From the NCBI GenBank assembly GCA_965202585.1, contig OZ241834.1:23498001-23562000 (forward strand): a stretch of DNA of 64,000 nucleotides. Reading direction: 5' to 3'. Shown piece by piece: positions 1 through 12,618 of the stretch. Source of the DNA: Thalia democratica. Lineage: Eukaryota. The notes under the pieces are model-generated. The model was not told the DNA's origin. It worked only from the letters and a program-made list of their open reading frames with translations, and searched no databases. Each line of letters starts with the position of its first letter. Within the stretch, counting starts at the first letter, position 1. Made by a program: the position numbers and the translations under genes.

Positions 1-185
1 CTGCTTACATATAAACTGCCTGTCATGTTCTGATGTTTTGTTGCATCAGTATTTAGTTTGAAACATTTCGTCATATGATTCTCATTGGCTCGTACATTCA
101 ACCGTATTAACTCTAAATATTCTCTGAGCTCAACTTATACTTAACTTAACTAACAATAAATAATGCAAGTATTCCAAAGTTTTCA

Positions 186-580
186 ATTTTATAACATATG
201 TAAAGAGTTGCATTTCATGATATGTTTATTTCTTAGTTTAAATGTAAGCAAATGTAAATTAGTCACGTTTAGAAAATGAGCCAATCACGGTAGGTGTTTA
301 ATTTTAACTGACGAAAATAACTCTTATTAATTTACACAGGGTTTGTTTTTGAAAAATACTTTTCAGTATGCTCTTTTTTACTAACTAGATCCGGGTCCGG
401 CCGGATCTCTGTTAGGATCCGGCCGGACCCGGATCCGGACTTTTTTTTCAAATTAGAATCCGGCCGGAACCGGATCCGGACTTTTTTTTCAAATTAGAAT
501 CCGGCCGGATCCGGATATCAGACAAAAATGGCAATATCCGGCCGGACCCGGACCCGGATAGTGAGTCCGGTACATCACTA
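186..580 (-). mobile_element. Non-autonomous hAT-like element, left end plus internal segment; probably continues beyond the window start
   Basis: TIR TAGTGATGTACCGGA (reverse strand, ending at 580), followed by subterminal CCGGATCCGG/CCGGCCGG arrays. The internal 186-400 segment is an inverted copy of ~6830-7050. Confidence 0.8.
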
Positions 581-924
581 AACATAAGTTAACAAATTTA
601 AATTTTAATAAAAACAATTTCAAAAACCTTTTTTTCAAATGATCTGACATATGTTTCTCTGTGTTAAACAAGTTAACACAGATCCACGGAGTTTTGTAAA
701 AAAATAGTAAGTACTCAAAGAAAAAAGAATATAACGTACTATGTGTATTTACTAAAGATAAGCCATATTTACTAAAAATTAAAAGTTAATATTAAATACT
801 ATATATGTTAACAGGTTTATCAAAATTAAATTATGTATTTTAGGATTTTAAAATTAGTACACATTACTTTTTCTGCAAATTTTAATTAAAGTCTTTGTAA
901 ATCGCTATAACTTCACTTTCAGAA

Positions 925-2270
925 GAGCTTCATTTGGCGCACGAAAACTGATAAGTGACGTCACAAACTTATTCCCCAAATTCTTGTATTCAATTATTGT
1001 TCTATATTTCAGGCTGCTACGGCTAATGTTCAGGGATAGTTTTCCTGCAAATAGTAGAATTTAAACGAGTGCTCGCAACATTTGTATGCTAATAACACGA
1101 GTGCTGGTAAACTTGGATTCATGAAATTTAAGATAAAGATTAGAAACAATTTGTTAAAACGTCCTGGAAATCTGACTTTATTTGTTTTTGCTCACTAAGA
1201 ATTTAAAAAGTCATAATTATGCGTTTTTTAAATACTCTATTTTAATTAGTATTTATTTCTTAATTTTAAGGTCTATATTGATTTTTATTTTGGTATTTGT
1301 CGATGTTAGATTATGTTTAAGTGTTCAGTTATGTATGATTCAGAAGCTTCATTTGTAGAGTTCTTCAAGTCTAGAAACTACATAACTAGATTGATCTGGT
1401 GACTGGTTTTATTGGGTACTTTATTGAGCGCATGAAAATTAATAAGTGACGTCAATTAATTTATTCCCCCAAATTCTTGTATTAAGTTGATAGTATATAC
1501 AACAGGCTGCCACGGAACCAGTTTATTGATGAATTTTTAGAGCACAGTTTAAAATAATCGAGCAAAATCGTTGCAACATTTGTGTGCTAACAACACGAGT
1601 GTACTTAAACTAGGATTCATGAAGTTTAATGAAAAAAATTAGAAACACTTTTTTTAAACATCCTGAAAATCTGACTTTATTTGTTTACTAAGAAATGTCA
1701 TATTTATGCGATGTTTTAAATATTTTTTTTTATTTTAGTATATTTAATTTAATTTTAAAGTCTCTAATGATTTTCATTTTAGTTGTTGTCAGTGTTTGAT
1801 TATGTTATGTGTTCAATTATGTATGACACAAAAGCTTACTTTGTAGGGGTCTTCAAGTCTAGAAACTAATCTCTAGGTTGATCTGGTGGCTGGTACTATT
1901 GGGTTATGAATTTTTTTACGACCATTTCATTTTCTTAAAAACCATAAGCTCATCAAAAGATTTTTCGTGTTTTGTTGCATTTAATTTTTTGAATGCTCTA
2001 TAAACAATTAGTAAAGCGTTTACTGAGGAGTTTTTATACAAAATACAGTATAATGTACTACATAACTCTACAACTTTAAGTAATATATTTAATTTTTTTT
2101 TTAGTTTTACTCCACCGGTGAAAATTATTATCGGAATCACTAACAAATAAACTAAATTTCTCAAAAACGAGCTTCATTATGTGCACTAAAGCTAAGTTGT
2201 GACGTAACAAATATATTCCCACAAGTTATTGTATCAAACTTTTAGTATAAGAATGAGGCCGCCACGTTAC
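925..2270. repeat. Degenerate tandem repeat, ~490-bp unit (two full copies and one partial)
   Basis: Shared blocks AAGTGACGTCA...ATTCCCC AAATTCTTGTATT...CAGGCTGC(T/C)ACGG...AACACGAGTG...CTTCAAGTCTAGAAACTA. TGACGTCA lies at 956 and 1447 (period 491), and a TGACGTAA variant at 2200. Confidence 0.8.
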
Positions 2271-3560
2271 AATTTCCTAACTCCAATTATTATGAGAAGA
2301 AATATATGAAACGAGCATATACTTGCTCGCACCATTGTCAAAATTAATAAAAGATGCCCGTATAACTGTTAGTTTATGAGAACTCTTGAAGTTTATACGC
2401 ATTTTCCTTAAAAAACCATCAATTATTTTTGAAGCATCTGACAATGCTAATCGAATGATTTATTTAATAGACGAGAGTATTGTTGTTAAATAGCAGTTCC
2501 TGTGTTGCACATTTAAACGTTTTTTGTTATACTGCGTTAAAAATAGTACTGGTTAGTGTATTAACCCTCTATTTTTTTGTACCACCTGATAATAATGTTT
2601 TAATCTAGTTATACATTAAATTTATCTTTCAAATTTTCTTTAGTCATAGCTTATAATTGTCTTTAAAAAGTTTGTTGTTTTCGGTCAAGTAGTTTTTGGT
2701 TTCTAACTTATGATTTGTTTTTTTTTTTAGTTGAAAAAATTAATTATGGGTTGATAAACCAATATTTACTTTACTATTTTCGTTTAAGTCTATTTTGTCT
2801 TTAGTTTAACTGATCAACTTTTAGTCATTTTCAGCTTATTCGATTTTATTTTAGTACTTTTTGTTGTTTTGAAAGTTGGTATTAATCCTTAATTAAATCA
2901 TTGTCAATCTTAAATGTGGATTTTGTATACACAGACAACTTGAAAAGTGTTTGTCAAAAATATTTTCAGAAAATGCATTTAGTGAGTTCATCTATTTTAA
3001 TTAAACGAACTGTAACTTAATGGTGGCTAAATTCTAGCAAATAAGACTGTATACGTTGCATAAGTACGGATACTACAAAACAATTGAATGGCCAGGACCT
3101 ATTATGACTGATTAAAAAGGTTATTGCGGGTGGCTATAGAATAAAGCACAATTAAAACACTAATGAACATTATCTTTTAAGTAATTGTATACTATTAGAA
3201 ACACCTTTTTTATCTTGAATTTTTCTTGCTAAAAAGAGACAAGAAAGTTTCTTTTTTTTTTAAATCTGGAATGAAATTATCAATTATGGAATGTGTTCAG
3301 AAAAATCCTGCCTACAGCATAACAAAGTTTTTAACACTTTAAATCAACCTAGCGATCTTGATTTAATGTTGATTGGAATTATAAGAAAAAAATATATATA
3401 AAAATTGAACAAGTACTAATAAAAATTAACAGTTTCAAACTAGTATTCAATATATGAATATCAAAAACCAAAGGCGACGCCCAGCCTAAAACGAAACAAT
3501 GAAAGTTATCTAAAGATATAAATTTAAATATAATATGTTAAAACATTAAAATCAAAACAG

Positions 3561-4665
3561 GCGACGCCGAGTCTAAAGCGCAAGGAGTCGCTGTACAGCA
3601 AGACTGTGACGTCAGCTGATGACATCATCAGCACGGACACGTCATCCACGCTTGAGGGGACGGGCGAGCCGCAAGGTGGCAACATCTCCCCCCAGCAACA
3701 GAAGGCGCCCAACGACGGCAAGAACTTCAAGTTCTGCCTCAGATTGCGGTGGGTGTTTGTTGTTATGTTTTTATTAATTTATTTTTAATGTGTTTTTTGA
3801 TTTTTGAGATCAGTATGTCTTTTGAAAAAAAATTGGTTTAACATTTTGCATGACATTTTGAGCTTGTTGTGTTTTTATTACTTTTTATATATAACACAGT
3901 GCTGCGGTAGTTGAGTTATAATTAGTGTTAACTTGGCTTTAACAAATAACTAATAAATAAATGGCTCAAATAAATAAAACAATATACCAGAATTTATTGT
4001 CTGATCAAATAAAAGTGACTAGTTCTGTTCAAAGTTAAATTAATCAAAACATAAAGTAGTGATCACCCAACAGCACTGAAGCCAACGATCAGCTGAAAGA
4101 CATCAAGTTCGACTACAAGGTCGGCGTGGACTTCCCGGATGTGGTCAGCCAGGAACTGGTCAACGCCAACCTCATACAGGGAATGGACCGGGTCATTGGT
4201 CAGTTTCAGTATGTATAAAATTAGAAATTAGAAACCCTGTGCCGATGGACGCGCTTATTCTACAAGATTTTAAAAATCTGGTAAAACAAGTTTGCCAATT
4301 GGCAGAAGGCTTGTACTTCAGTCGGAAAAAACTGATAATGTTGTTGCATTTTTATAAAGTATCCGTATAAAACACCTAAAAGAAAACATTAACTTTTTCT
4401 ATCACAAGTTTTATATATAAAGAAAGAAACTAAAGTTAATCGAAACATCATAAAAAGTATTCAAAAACATTTTAAAAATTAAAAAAAAAATAAATTAAAT
4501 AATTTTTACACAGTCGCCGCGAACGTGCTGAAGCTGGTGGAGAAGCCGGAGAACCAGGGCGTGAAGATAAAACTGAACAACCTGAAGCCGAACGAGCTGC
4601 CGGACGACAAGACCCTCGTCGGTTTCGCCCAGCTCACCATCTCCGAGGATTCCCCCGAAACGTGA
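3561..4665 (+). CDS. OXSR1: STE20-family kinase OXSR1/STK39 (SPAK/OSR1/fray), last three coding exons encoding the CCT (RFxV-binding) domain
   Basis: Exons 3561-3748, 4074-4198 and 4514-4665 have GT-AG boundaries and compatible phases. They give ...FKFCLRLRTEANDQLKDIKFDYKVGVDFPDVVSQELVNANLIQGMDRVIVAANVLKLVEKPENQGVKIKLNNLKPNELPDDKTLVGFAQLTISEDSPET*, which matches the OSR1 C-terminus (LVLRLR..ELNDIRFEF..VSQEL..IVAANL..PDDGKLIGFAQLSI). Kinase-domain exons are not seen and presumably lie upstream of the window. Confidence 0.9.
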
Positions 4666-4789
4666 CAAGCAGGGAGGGAGGGAGGAGTTTTCACCGCAAA
4701 AATTCCACCGCCGGAAGTCGCACAAGAGCTTGTTGAGCGTTTCTTTTATTATTTTCGCTTGGAAACTTTATAAAATTGTTTTTAATTGT

Positions 4790-5512
4790 TTTACGATATT
4801 TCGAATGTTTAAATTTAAACCCTATTAGTGTTTTTTACCTTAAACATCAGTATTTTACCTTGATTGTTGTCACAAAGTAGTTTTACAGCACTTTATGACT
4901 TAAATAACCTTTAAGTTTTTGTTGTACTTCCTTTCTAAGAAAAACGTTGTTTTTGTTATCAGGGTTGCCACAAAACCTGGAATTTGACATTTTAGGCTAA
5001 AAAAAACCTGTAATTTGAGAAAATTTGAAATAATAAACTGGACTTTTAAAAATTTTGATTTGCAACTAAAAATCTATCATATAGATAAAATATTTGTTAT
5101 TATTAAAAATATTTTTTACTTAAAAAAACACATCTAAAGTAGCTTTACAGTATCTTTCCAATGTTGTTATACTAATAAACACAGTTATTAACTTTTAATT
5201 TAACTTTAAACTATAATAGACCGAAAAACGTTTACTTTCAAAAACCTCGAAGAAATTCAGAAAACCTGGAAGAAATTTCTCAAAGTGGCAACCCTGTATC
5301 ATGCTTTGACTTGGACACTCTGTAATATTGTTTCTAATAGTTTAACGATATTTTTATTATTTAAAATTTAACCCTACATGTATTTTACCTTTAATATCAG
5401 TACTTTACCTTAATTATTTCACAAAATAGTTTTACAGCACTTTATGACGCATTTACTTAAATAACCTTCAAGTTTTTGTTGTACTTCCTTTCTAAGAAAA
5501 ACGTTGTTTTTA
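4790..5512. repeat. ~170-bp direct duplication (4790-4955 / 5341-5512) in the kinase 3' region, flanking a MITE
   Basis: Both copies contain TTTTACAGCACTTTATGAC...TTAAATAACCTT(T/C)AAGTTTTTGTTGTACTTCCTTTCTAAGAAAAACGTTGTTTTT. Confidence 0.85.
4960..5296. mobile_element. MITE, CAGGGTTGCCA-TIR family (hAT-like)
   Basis: CAGGGTTGCCAC ... GTGGCAACCCTG with internal AAAACCTGGAA repeats; same family as 10025, 18278 and 19053. Confidence 0.85.
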
Positions 5513-6742
5513 TTCTGCTACCTGCTAATGTTCTATAACATGGCTTGTTGTTTTGTTGTGCTAGTTTCCAATACCGAACGCGATATTTCTGTTGATTTTA
5601 GGTTTAAGTTGTTTCTTTTATTTAAATTGTTCCCGCTCACGGCAACAATGTATTTTTCTGGTTGTTACTGAAAAACCGTTGCCTTTGTTTAAATAGCTAG
5701 TTTTTTGTAACGTTTAGTAGTATTGCAATTATTTATACTTTCTTAGTTTGTTTTGTTATAACTTTATCAAATTACTTTTAAATGAGTATCTTATTTCTTT
5801 GAATGCTTCATGCTACTTTTTTTTTCATTTTAATGTGACATGTTTTACAATTTTTTATAGACATATAAATTAGGTGTCAACTAAAAAAAACAAGTAGATA
5901 GAACCTTTTAAAAAAATTCTTTAAGTTTATTTTTATGCTACTATAGTTTTCAAACTTAATAATATTTACCATTTTCTGAACTTTCTTTTTAAATCGTTTC
6001 AATGTAACACGTTAACACTTAATTGTAAAACTTGACAATTTTTCTTTTCTATGTTAAAATTTACACTTTCTTGCGTCTCAAAGAATGGTAATATAATATT
6101 TATCGTAACAAATAAAAACTTTAAATTATTACCAAACAATTTTTTATAGTGATCTAATAACTTACAATATGGCATAATAGAAATATTTATAATATCAAAA
6201 AAAATACTCACAACTTTTTAAGGAACGGTTTTGTTAATTTAGTACAGCTAGAAGAAATTAATAAAATATGAAACGTCGACAAGTTTGTAGTAGTTATACC
6301 TCGCATATTATTACACACCTAAAGCTTTATGTTTTTAACTAGCATACATTAAAAAAAAATTTTTAAATGGCAAAACTATCTTGAAAGGCTCTAGATTATA
6401 ATGACTAATGATTTTTTTTTTAACTGAATTTATTATGATTAGATAGTATAAGCGAGGAATAAACTAAATTTATTTTAAAAGAAAAGTAGGCAAGATATTT
6501 TTAAGACGGTAAAATTGGAATACTATAATTTTTGAACTATTTAAGCTAAAATAATTTAAAAATTAAGTTTTAAAATCTTTTTTTTCTGATACACATTGTC
6601 TGATAAGAATTTATTTCTGTAACTATTTTTTTATCTCTGAAGAAAATTGTATGTTTTTGCCTACTACGTATATATTTTAATTAGATTATTTATAATTTTC
6701 TCAGAATGGTAAGCTGTTATTTTTTATATTTTTAGTTTACTA

Positions 6743-7824
6743 TAGTGATGCACCGATCCGGCCGGATCTTGTCATGAAAAAAAGATCTGGTTCCGGCCGG
6801 ATCTCGATTTGAAAAAACTATCCGGATCCTAACAGAGATCCGGCCCATTCGGATCTAGTTAGTAAAATAAAGCATAAAGAAAAGTATTTTTTTTTTAAAC
6901 AAACCCTGTGTAAATTAAAAAGAGCCATTTTCGTCAGTTAAAATTAAACACCTACCGTGATTGGCTCATTTTGTACACGTGACTAATTTACATTTAAACT
7001 ATGAAATAAACATTTCAGAAATGCAACTCTTTACCTATGTTGTAAAATTAATACTTTACTACCAAATTTTCAACCTTATGGGTAGCTGTTCTACTGATTA
7101 TTAGATTCAAGTAATTTTTCAGTTTTTAAAAACCTCATTCTGACTCAGGCTAGTATATACTCACTCTAGCTAGTTTTTTTTTGACTTAAACAGTGGCAAC
7201 CCTGCTAGTTTTAAGATTTTTTGTAAAACTCAGGCTAGTTTTCTTTTAGATTCTGATTTTTGAATTAGTTTGAGCTGGTCCAGTTTTCAATATTTTGTGA
7301 TTTTCTACTTAATTTTGTTCAAGAAGATTTGAGATGTAAACTAAAAAAATTTAGGAACTAACTTATTAATTGATAATATCAACTTTAATTATCATAAGTG
7401 TGCCTTAAGTGGAATTTTTGAAATTTTTTTTGGTAAAAGAATTCATAAGGTCAACAGTATCATAAAGTTAATTTTATTGAAAATTTGGGATTACATACTA
7501 TGAACTTATCATAATATTAGCTGTGATAAAAGAATATGGTTATGATTAGATAGGGTGATCAAGTTTTTTCAACTTGTAATAGTTTTCGCAGAACTTTTTT
7601 GTAGAACAACAGAGCAAAAATTAGTGATGTACCGGACTCACTATCCGCGTCCGGATCCGGCCGGATATTGCCATTTTTGTCTGAAATCCGGATCCGGCCG
7701 GATCTCGATTGGAAAAAAAGATCCGGTTCCGGCAGGATCTCGATTTGGAAAAAAAATCCGGATTCGGTCCGGCCGGATCCTAATTTGAAAAAAAAAGTTC
7801 GGATCCGGATCCGGTACATCACTA
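6743..7824 (+). mobile_element. Composite non-autonomous hAT-like element with 8-bp TSD GTTTACTA
   Basis: TAGTGATGCACCG at 6743 and CCGGTACATCACTA ending at 7824. GTTTACTA lies immediately outside both ends (6735-6742 and 7825-7832). The internal region is homologous to 186-400. Confidence 0.85.
7622..7824. mobile_element. 203-bp MITE with perfect 15-bp TIRs, forming the right arm of the composite element
   Basis: TAGTGATGTACCGGA (7622-7636) ... TCCGGTACATCACTA (7810-7824), filled with CCGGATCCGG repeats. Confidence 0.85.
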
Positions 7825-10024
7825 GTTTACTATAAGTTTAATTCACTATATTTTTTTATACATCTATGTTGACAAACTAAATTTAGATATATCAGTACAA
7901 TTTAAAACATCATATCACTCTTTTAGATAGATTAGAAACTTAGTTAATATTTTACATAAACTCACTTTAAAATCGATTAATATTTTCTAACTAATGAAGT
8001 AACACAGTTTGAAAACGGAAACTTTTACTTAAAATTTATTTTTTTTAAATAAAAACTAATTTTTAATGATCTTACAACTCGAAAAAGATAAGACTAGTTG
8101 TTAGAAAAAAAAATTTATATGCTATTTAATTTTTAGCTTACGTGCACGAAAACGTCTTTCTTTAACTATTTACAGCAGGCCAGAGTTGTATAACTAGGCC
8201 TAATTTAAGTTTTCTAAATTAGAAGGGTTAGATTGTAGTTGATTCAATTTTTATTTTTGGACTTTATTACATTTAGTCCTACCAAAATTAAAACGCTTAA
8301 TTTCATAACGGACTTACTTTTAAAACTTTGAAATTGTAATGAACAATGATCCAATGGCATGATTGCATCTGTCCTGCAACCAATTTTTAAACTAAAAGTT
8401 TTTTACTACGATATTTTTTTTACTCGAATATTTATTTACTATAGAATATAAAAGCGTAGTTGTCACTGTGGAAATAAGTGTATAGCTAAAGATTACTCGA
8501 GCATGACACTTTAAGTTTAAATGAACAAACATTTAGATGTTTAGATATTTTTTTGGCTATCAGGCATCCCCGTAAAAAAAGTTCTCAAACAGTAACACTT
8601 TTAAAAGTTGAGGCTTCTACCACAAATTGTTTTATCTTACATGTTGCCACTGAACACAACTAGAATAAAAAAGAAATATTTTATACGATCTGATGATAAA
8701 TAAAATATTTGGTGTTCAAAAACTTAAATATATGGTTTGATAAAATAAATTTAACACCGAAATCAATTTAACTTGATGATTCATATATCAAACAGAAAAT
8801 CTGTTACAAAATTTACAATAACTCAGCTTCAACGCTTAATGAAGTTTTAAACTGTTATTTTATATAAATAGAATTATATTAATAAGTATAACAGTTTGAA
8901 ATCCGTACAGCGGTGGAACTGAGTGATTGTAAGTTTTGTTAAATATATATATTTTAAATTTTTATATTAGGTAGCTGTAGAAATATATAAAGACGAAAGT
9001 AAAATAAACTTAGAGATTTTGATAAAAGTATTATATAAATATAAAAAGAAATGTACTGTTGACTCAACAGTACATTTGTAGTGTTGAGAACTTTTTTAAA
9101 TAACATTTACAAATATTCTTTGTTTTTTAAAACTTTTACATATTATTAGTAGTTGGTGTCAGATTCACAAAAACCATTAAGATTTGCGAGTATAGCTGTA
9201 TGGACACAAATCAGAATATCAGTAATTAGTTCGTTTTTAGAGACAACACTTAATTGAAAAAGCTTATCTATATAAGGTTTTTTTTATTAAACTTTTCAGC
9301 TGTTTAAAATAAAAGTTTACCTGTTTTTAAGTTTTTTACACACCAAATTAAAAAAAGATTAATACATCTACTTAGAGTTTATAAACGTTTCCTTATTCTA
9401 TATTTAGTTACATTTGATAAAATAATGTTTCAAAGAAAACTAAATTTTTGTCTCAAAGATTTGGTGTACGACAAAACCTTTGGGTTATTGAGTCATACAC
9501 AAGGATACAGCTAAATTTATTTTCCAGCACTTACTCCGTTATTGAATTTTTTTTATGAAAAGTCACCCTATTAATGAACAGAAAAAGTATGCTACCCCAC
9601 TTAAAAAGCCTAGACAAGCCTCTGGAAAGTACTGTTTAGCCTAAAATAATTGTTTTCTAAAGGATGCACAGTAAAATTTAACTTTTTTAAATAATCTTTC
9701 CTTGTGCATAGTAGATTAGAAAAATATTACTTTTTATATGATTTTTGTTACTACAACACAAATTGATTTTTTTGTTAATAACTTCGTTGCTTACAAAGCT
9801 TTGTTTAAGAATGTTGAACATTAAGTAGAAATTATTTAAAATAAAGCTACATTGCGTCTCAATGTAATTGTAAACTATCCTTATGTTAATTTAAAAAATT
9901 ACAAAGAACTATTTGATAAGTAATATACAACAGAGTTGCCATAAAGCCTGAAACTTAAATTTCAATAAACATTAATTTCAACAAAATGATGAGTTGATTT
10001 CCACAAAAACAACTTTGATTTAGG

Positions 10025-10374
10025 CAGGGTTGCCAAAAACCTTTAAACCTGGAATTTGGAAATTTAGGTAAAAAACCTGGAATTTGAGAAAATTTGAAAA
10101 AAAAACCTGGGATTTTAACATATTAAGTAGTAAAATTTTGATTAAATTCAAAAAATTTATCATAATGATGGTATCATCAAAATTTTTTGTTTATTAAAAA
10201 GTACACTTTAAGTAGCTTTACAGTATCTTTTCAATGTTTTTTACAACTTTACACAGTTTTTTACCCTAAACTTAACTTTAAATTAAAAATAGACCCATAA
10301 ATGTGTACATTTCAAAACCAGAAGGAAATTTTGAAAACCTGGAAAAAATTTGCCAAAAACATTTGGCAACCCTG
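10025..10374. mobile_element. MITE, CAGGGTTGCCA-TIR family
   Basis: CAGGGTTGCCAAA ... TTTGGCAACCCTG; interior similar to the 4960 and 18278 copies. Confidence 0.85.
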
Positions 10375-12003
10375 TAGTAGAGCTTTATCATATTTTTTTT
10401 AATGATAGATAACATCTGTCTTACTCCTTCCTCTACAAAGATAAACATTTTTCAAAGGTTAAGCAAACAATTTGACATCACCTGTAAATTTACCTGCCCC
10501 TATAAGATTAACATTAAACTTAACAAAAAAAACTAAAAAGTAAACTATCTATTTAAACTGAAAAAATCCCTTGGTGACACGTCATTTGGCAAACACTCAC
10601 AAGGTTAAAATCTTACCTTTAAAGTCACAAAGTGTGGGAAAATAATGAAGCTCAAATGTTCAAGCAAGTATCTGCCAAAGCCGCAACAACATACACTCCA
10701 CTCAACTATTCAATTGCATTATTAAGAAGCAAGTGAAGTGAGTTAGTGAGGTATAAGTTATTGTATTTTAATAAATGGATCATTTTTGTATATAAACTGA
10801 ATACAAAACTCAAAGAAATTTGTAAAAATAAATAAATAGTTTGTTGTCAAAAACTTTAAACCTAATAATAAGATAAAGCAAATTCTTTATAATCATAATG
10901 CAGAAAAGACAATTTCATAAAGGTTTTTTATTTTGATGAGTTTCCAAACTAAGAACTGTATTAGAAAATATCCATCAAAATTTGAAGAATTTGTGATGAA
11001 AGGATGAGTATCTTAAAAAAATGGAACTCTCTGAAATACTTTCATGTATAGTTTTTTACATTGTGAGCTGCAACACAGAGCATATCTAAGGTACTTGTGT
11101 TACATTATAAAAGTGTCTTGTTAAGCAAGTTGTAGGAATTATGTAATAAAAATGCTACCAAATTATGTTTTCTGTTATCCATGAATAAAAGATCCATATA
11201 TGAAAGCTTTTAAAAGGATTGTAATGTAATCTGGAAACAGTTTAGTGGAGACTTTCAGTATAGTTGTTACTTCTGGAACTCCTCAAAAATTTAAAAATGT
11301 ATTTTTTCTGCGAAATGAATATAAAGGGCATTCTTTGATTTATAAACATTTTTAAAGCTTCTGACAACAGACTATGTGTCATCAAATAAGACTTATCTGT
11401 TAACCTTTAAAAAATGTACTTGAAAACTAAAGGAGAATTTACAACTAAAATACAAGAATATTTTTAGTTTTTTTTTTTTAGTTTGATTCTTCCACTAAAA
11501 TCTATTAAGCTTTTCATCCTTAATTGTTTATACCTTAAAAACAATCTGATTTTAAAATAATTTTAAAAAACAACTTGGAGCCTACATAAAAGTCTACAAA
11601 ATAAAAGTTTATGGTAAATTAATTACCCCCCCCCCCCCCTTTTGTATTATATTAAGTTTAACAAAATATCATAATTTAAAGTTTTGTTGGCTTAAATTAT
11701 TTAACATCTAGAAATTCTTTGTGATGTGTTTTATATGATTTCCCACACTTTAAAAATTTAACCGAGCCTAACTTCAATGTCAAGGCACTAAGTGTACTCT
11801 ATAATGATTATTTTAAAAGTTATACCATTATTTACATCATATTAATAAGTATTTGTATATATTAGGATGCTTATAGAATTGGAAACCTTGAATTTTCAGC
11901 TAAAAAAGTTTTTAATTGTAGCAAGTACCACAAAAACACTCTATGGAAAACATTAGATGATTTGAAGGAGAGTAGATAGACTTAATAAATTTTTATGAAA
12001 ACA

Positions 12004-12223
12004 ATCCTTATGTAAATTGTATGGGACCTTGAAAATTAAACCAACTAATTTATTAATTTGAAATCTTCCTACATGTAGGAATTATAACAAAAACACATTC
12101 TTACACTCTTTAATTTCTTAAAAAAAACTTAAAATTAATGTGAAAACTGCTACATGTAGAAAAATTTCCAACCAAAAACTTGTAGGTCTAATTTTTAAGG
12201 TTCCTTGCAATGTACATAGGGAT
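12004..12223. mobile_element. MITE-like element with ~38-bp imperfect inverted ends
   Basis: ATCCTTATGTAAATTGTATGGGACCTTGAAAATTAAACC versus the reverse complement of GGTCTAATTTTTAAGGTTCCTTGCAATGTACATAGGGAT. No TSD resolved. Confidence 0.6.
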
Positions 12224-12618
12224 ATGTTAAATTTTTATTTTTTTAATACATCTACGCCTCTAAAGATCATCTTAATTTTTCAGAGGTGTTTTGTGTAATA
12301 TTTACTATATGTAAAAACCTTTAAATTCAAATATTGACATTAATAAGTACCCTAATATAAATATATATTTACTGTTGTATTTTTTTAGATTGACTATTAT
12401 CACAGTGCTTCTATGCAACTTTTGTTGTAACTCTAAATATTTCATCTTAAAAGACAACTTTTTTATTATTGCTGGCAATTGTTATATAAGTGCTCAATAA
12501 ACTTAACTTTACTTATTTGTTCTAATTGCCCTTATTTTTTATTTTGCATGAAGATAAAAGTATAATATTGTTATTACTTTTGTATTTTACCAAAGTTACT
12601 ACAAATAAATCATCAGTG

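Noticed and set aside
385-580. CCGGATCCGG arrays as a CRISPR-like repeat-spacer structure
   Set aside because: Irregular short palindromes with repeated, not unique, spacers inside TIR-bounded elements in a eukaryotic context; no cas genes.
4232-4280. GC-richer patch in a kinase intron as a cassette exon
   Set aside because: 49 nt would shift the frame, and the splice signals are weak.
489-7822. ORFs containing MYRTHYP.P.PAGYCHFCL (489-671, 7555-7788, 7559-7822)
   Set aside because: They are translations of the same MITE terminus, so their similarity reflects the repeat and not a protein family.
10900-11420. Possible decayed transposase or transporter coding remnant
   Set aside because: Stops in all frames and no motif that could be named with confidence.
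11626-11639. C14 homopolymer (G-quadruplex potential on the minus strand)
   Set aside because: Isolated simple tract with no supporting context.
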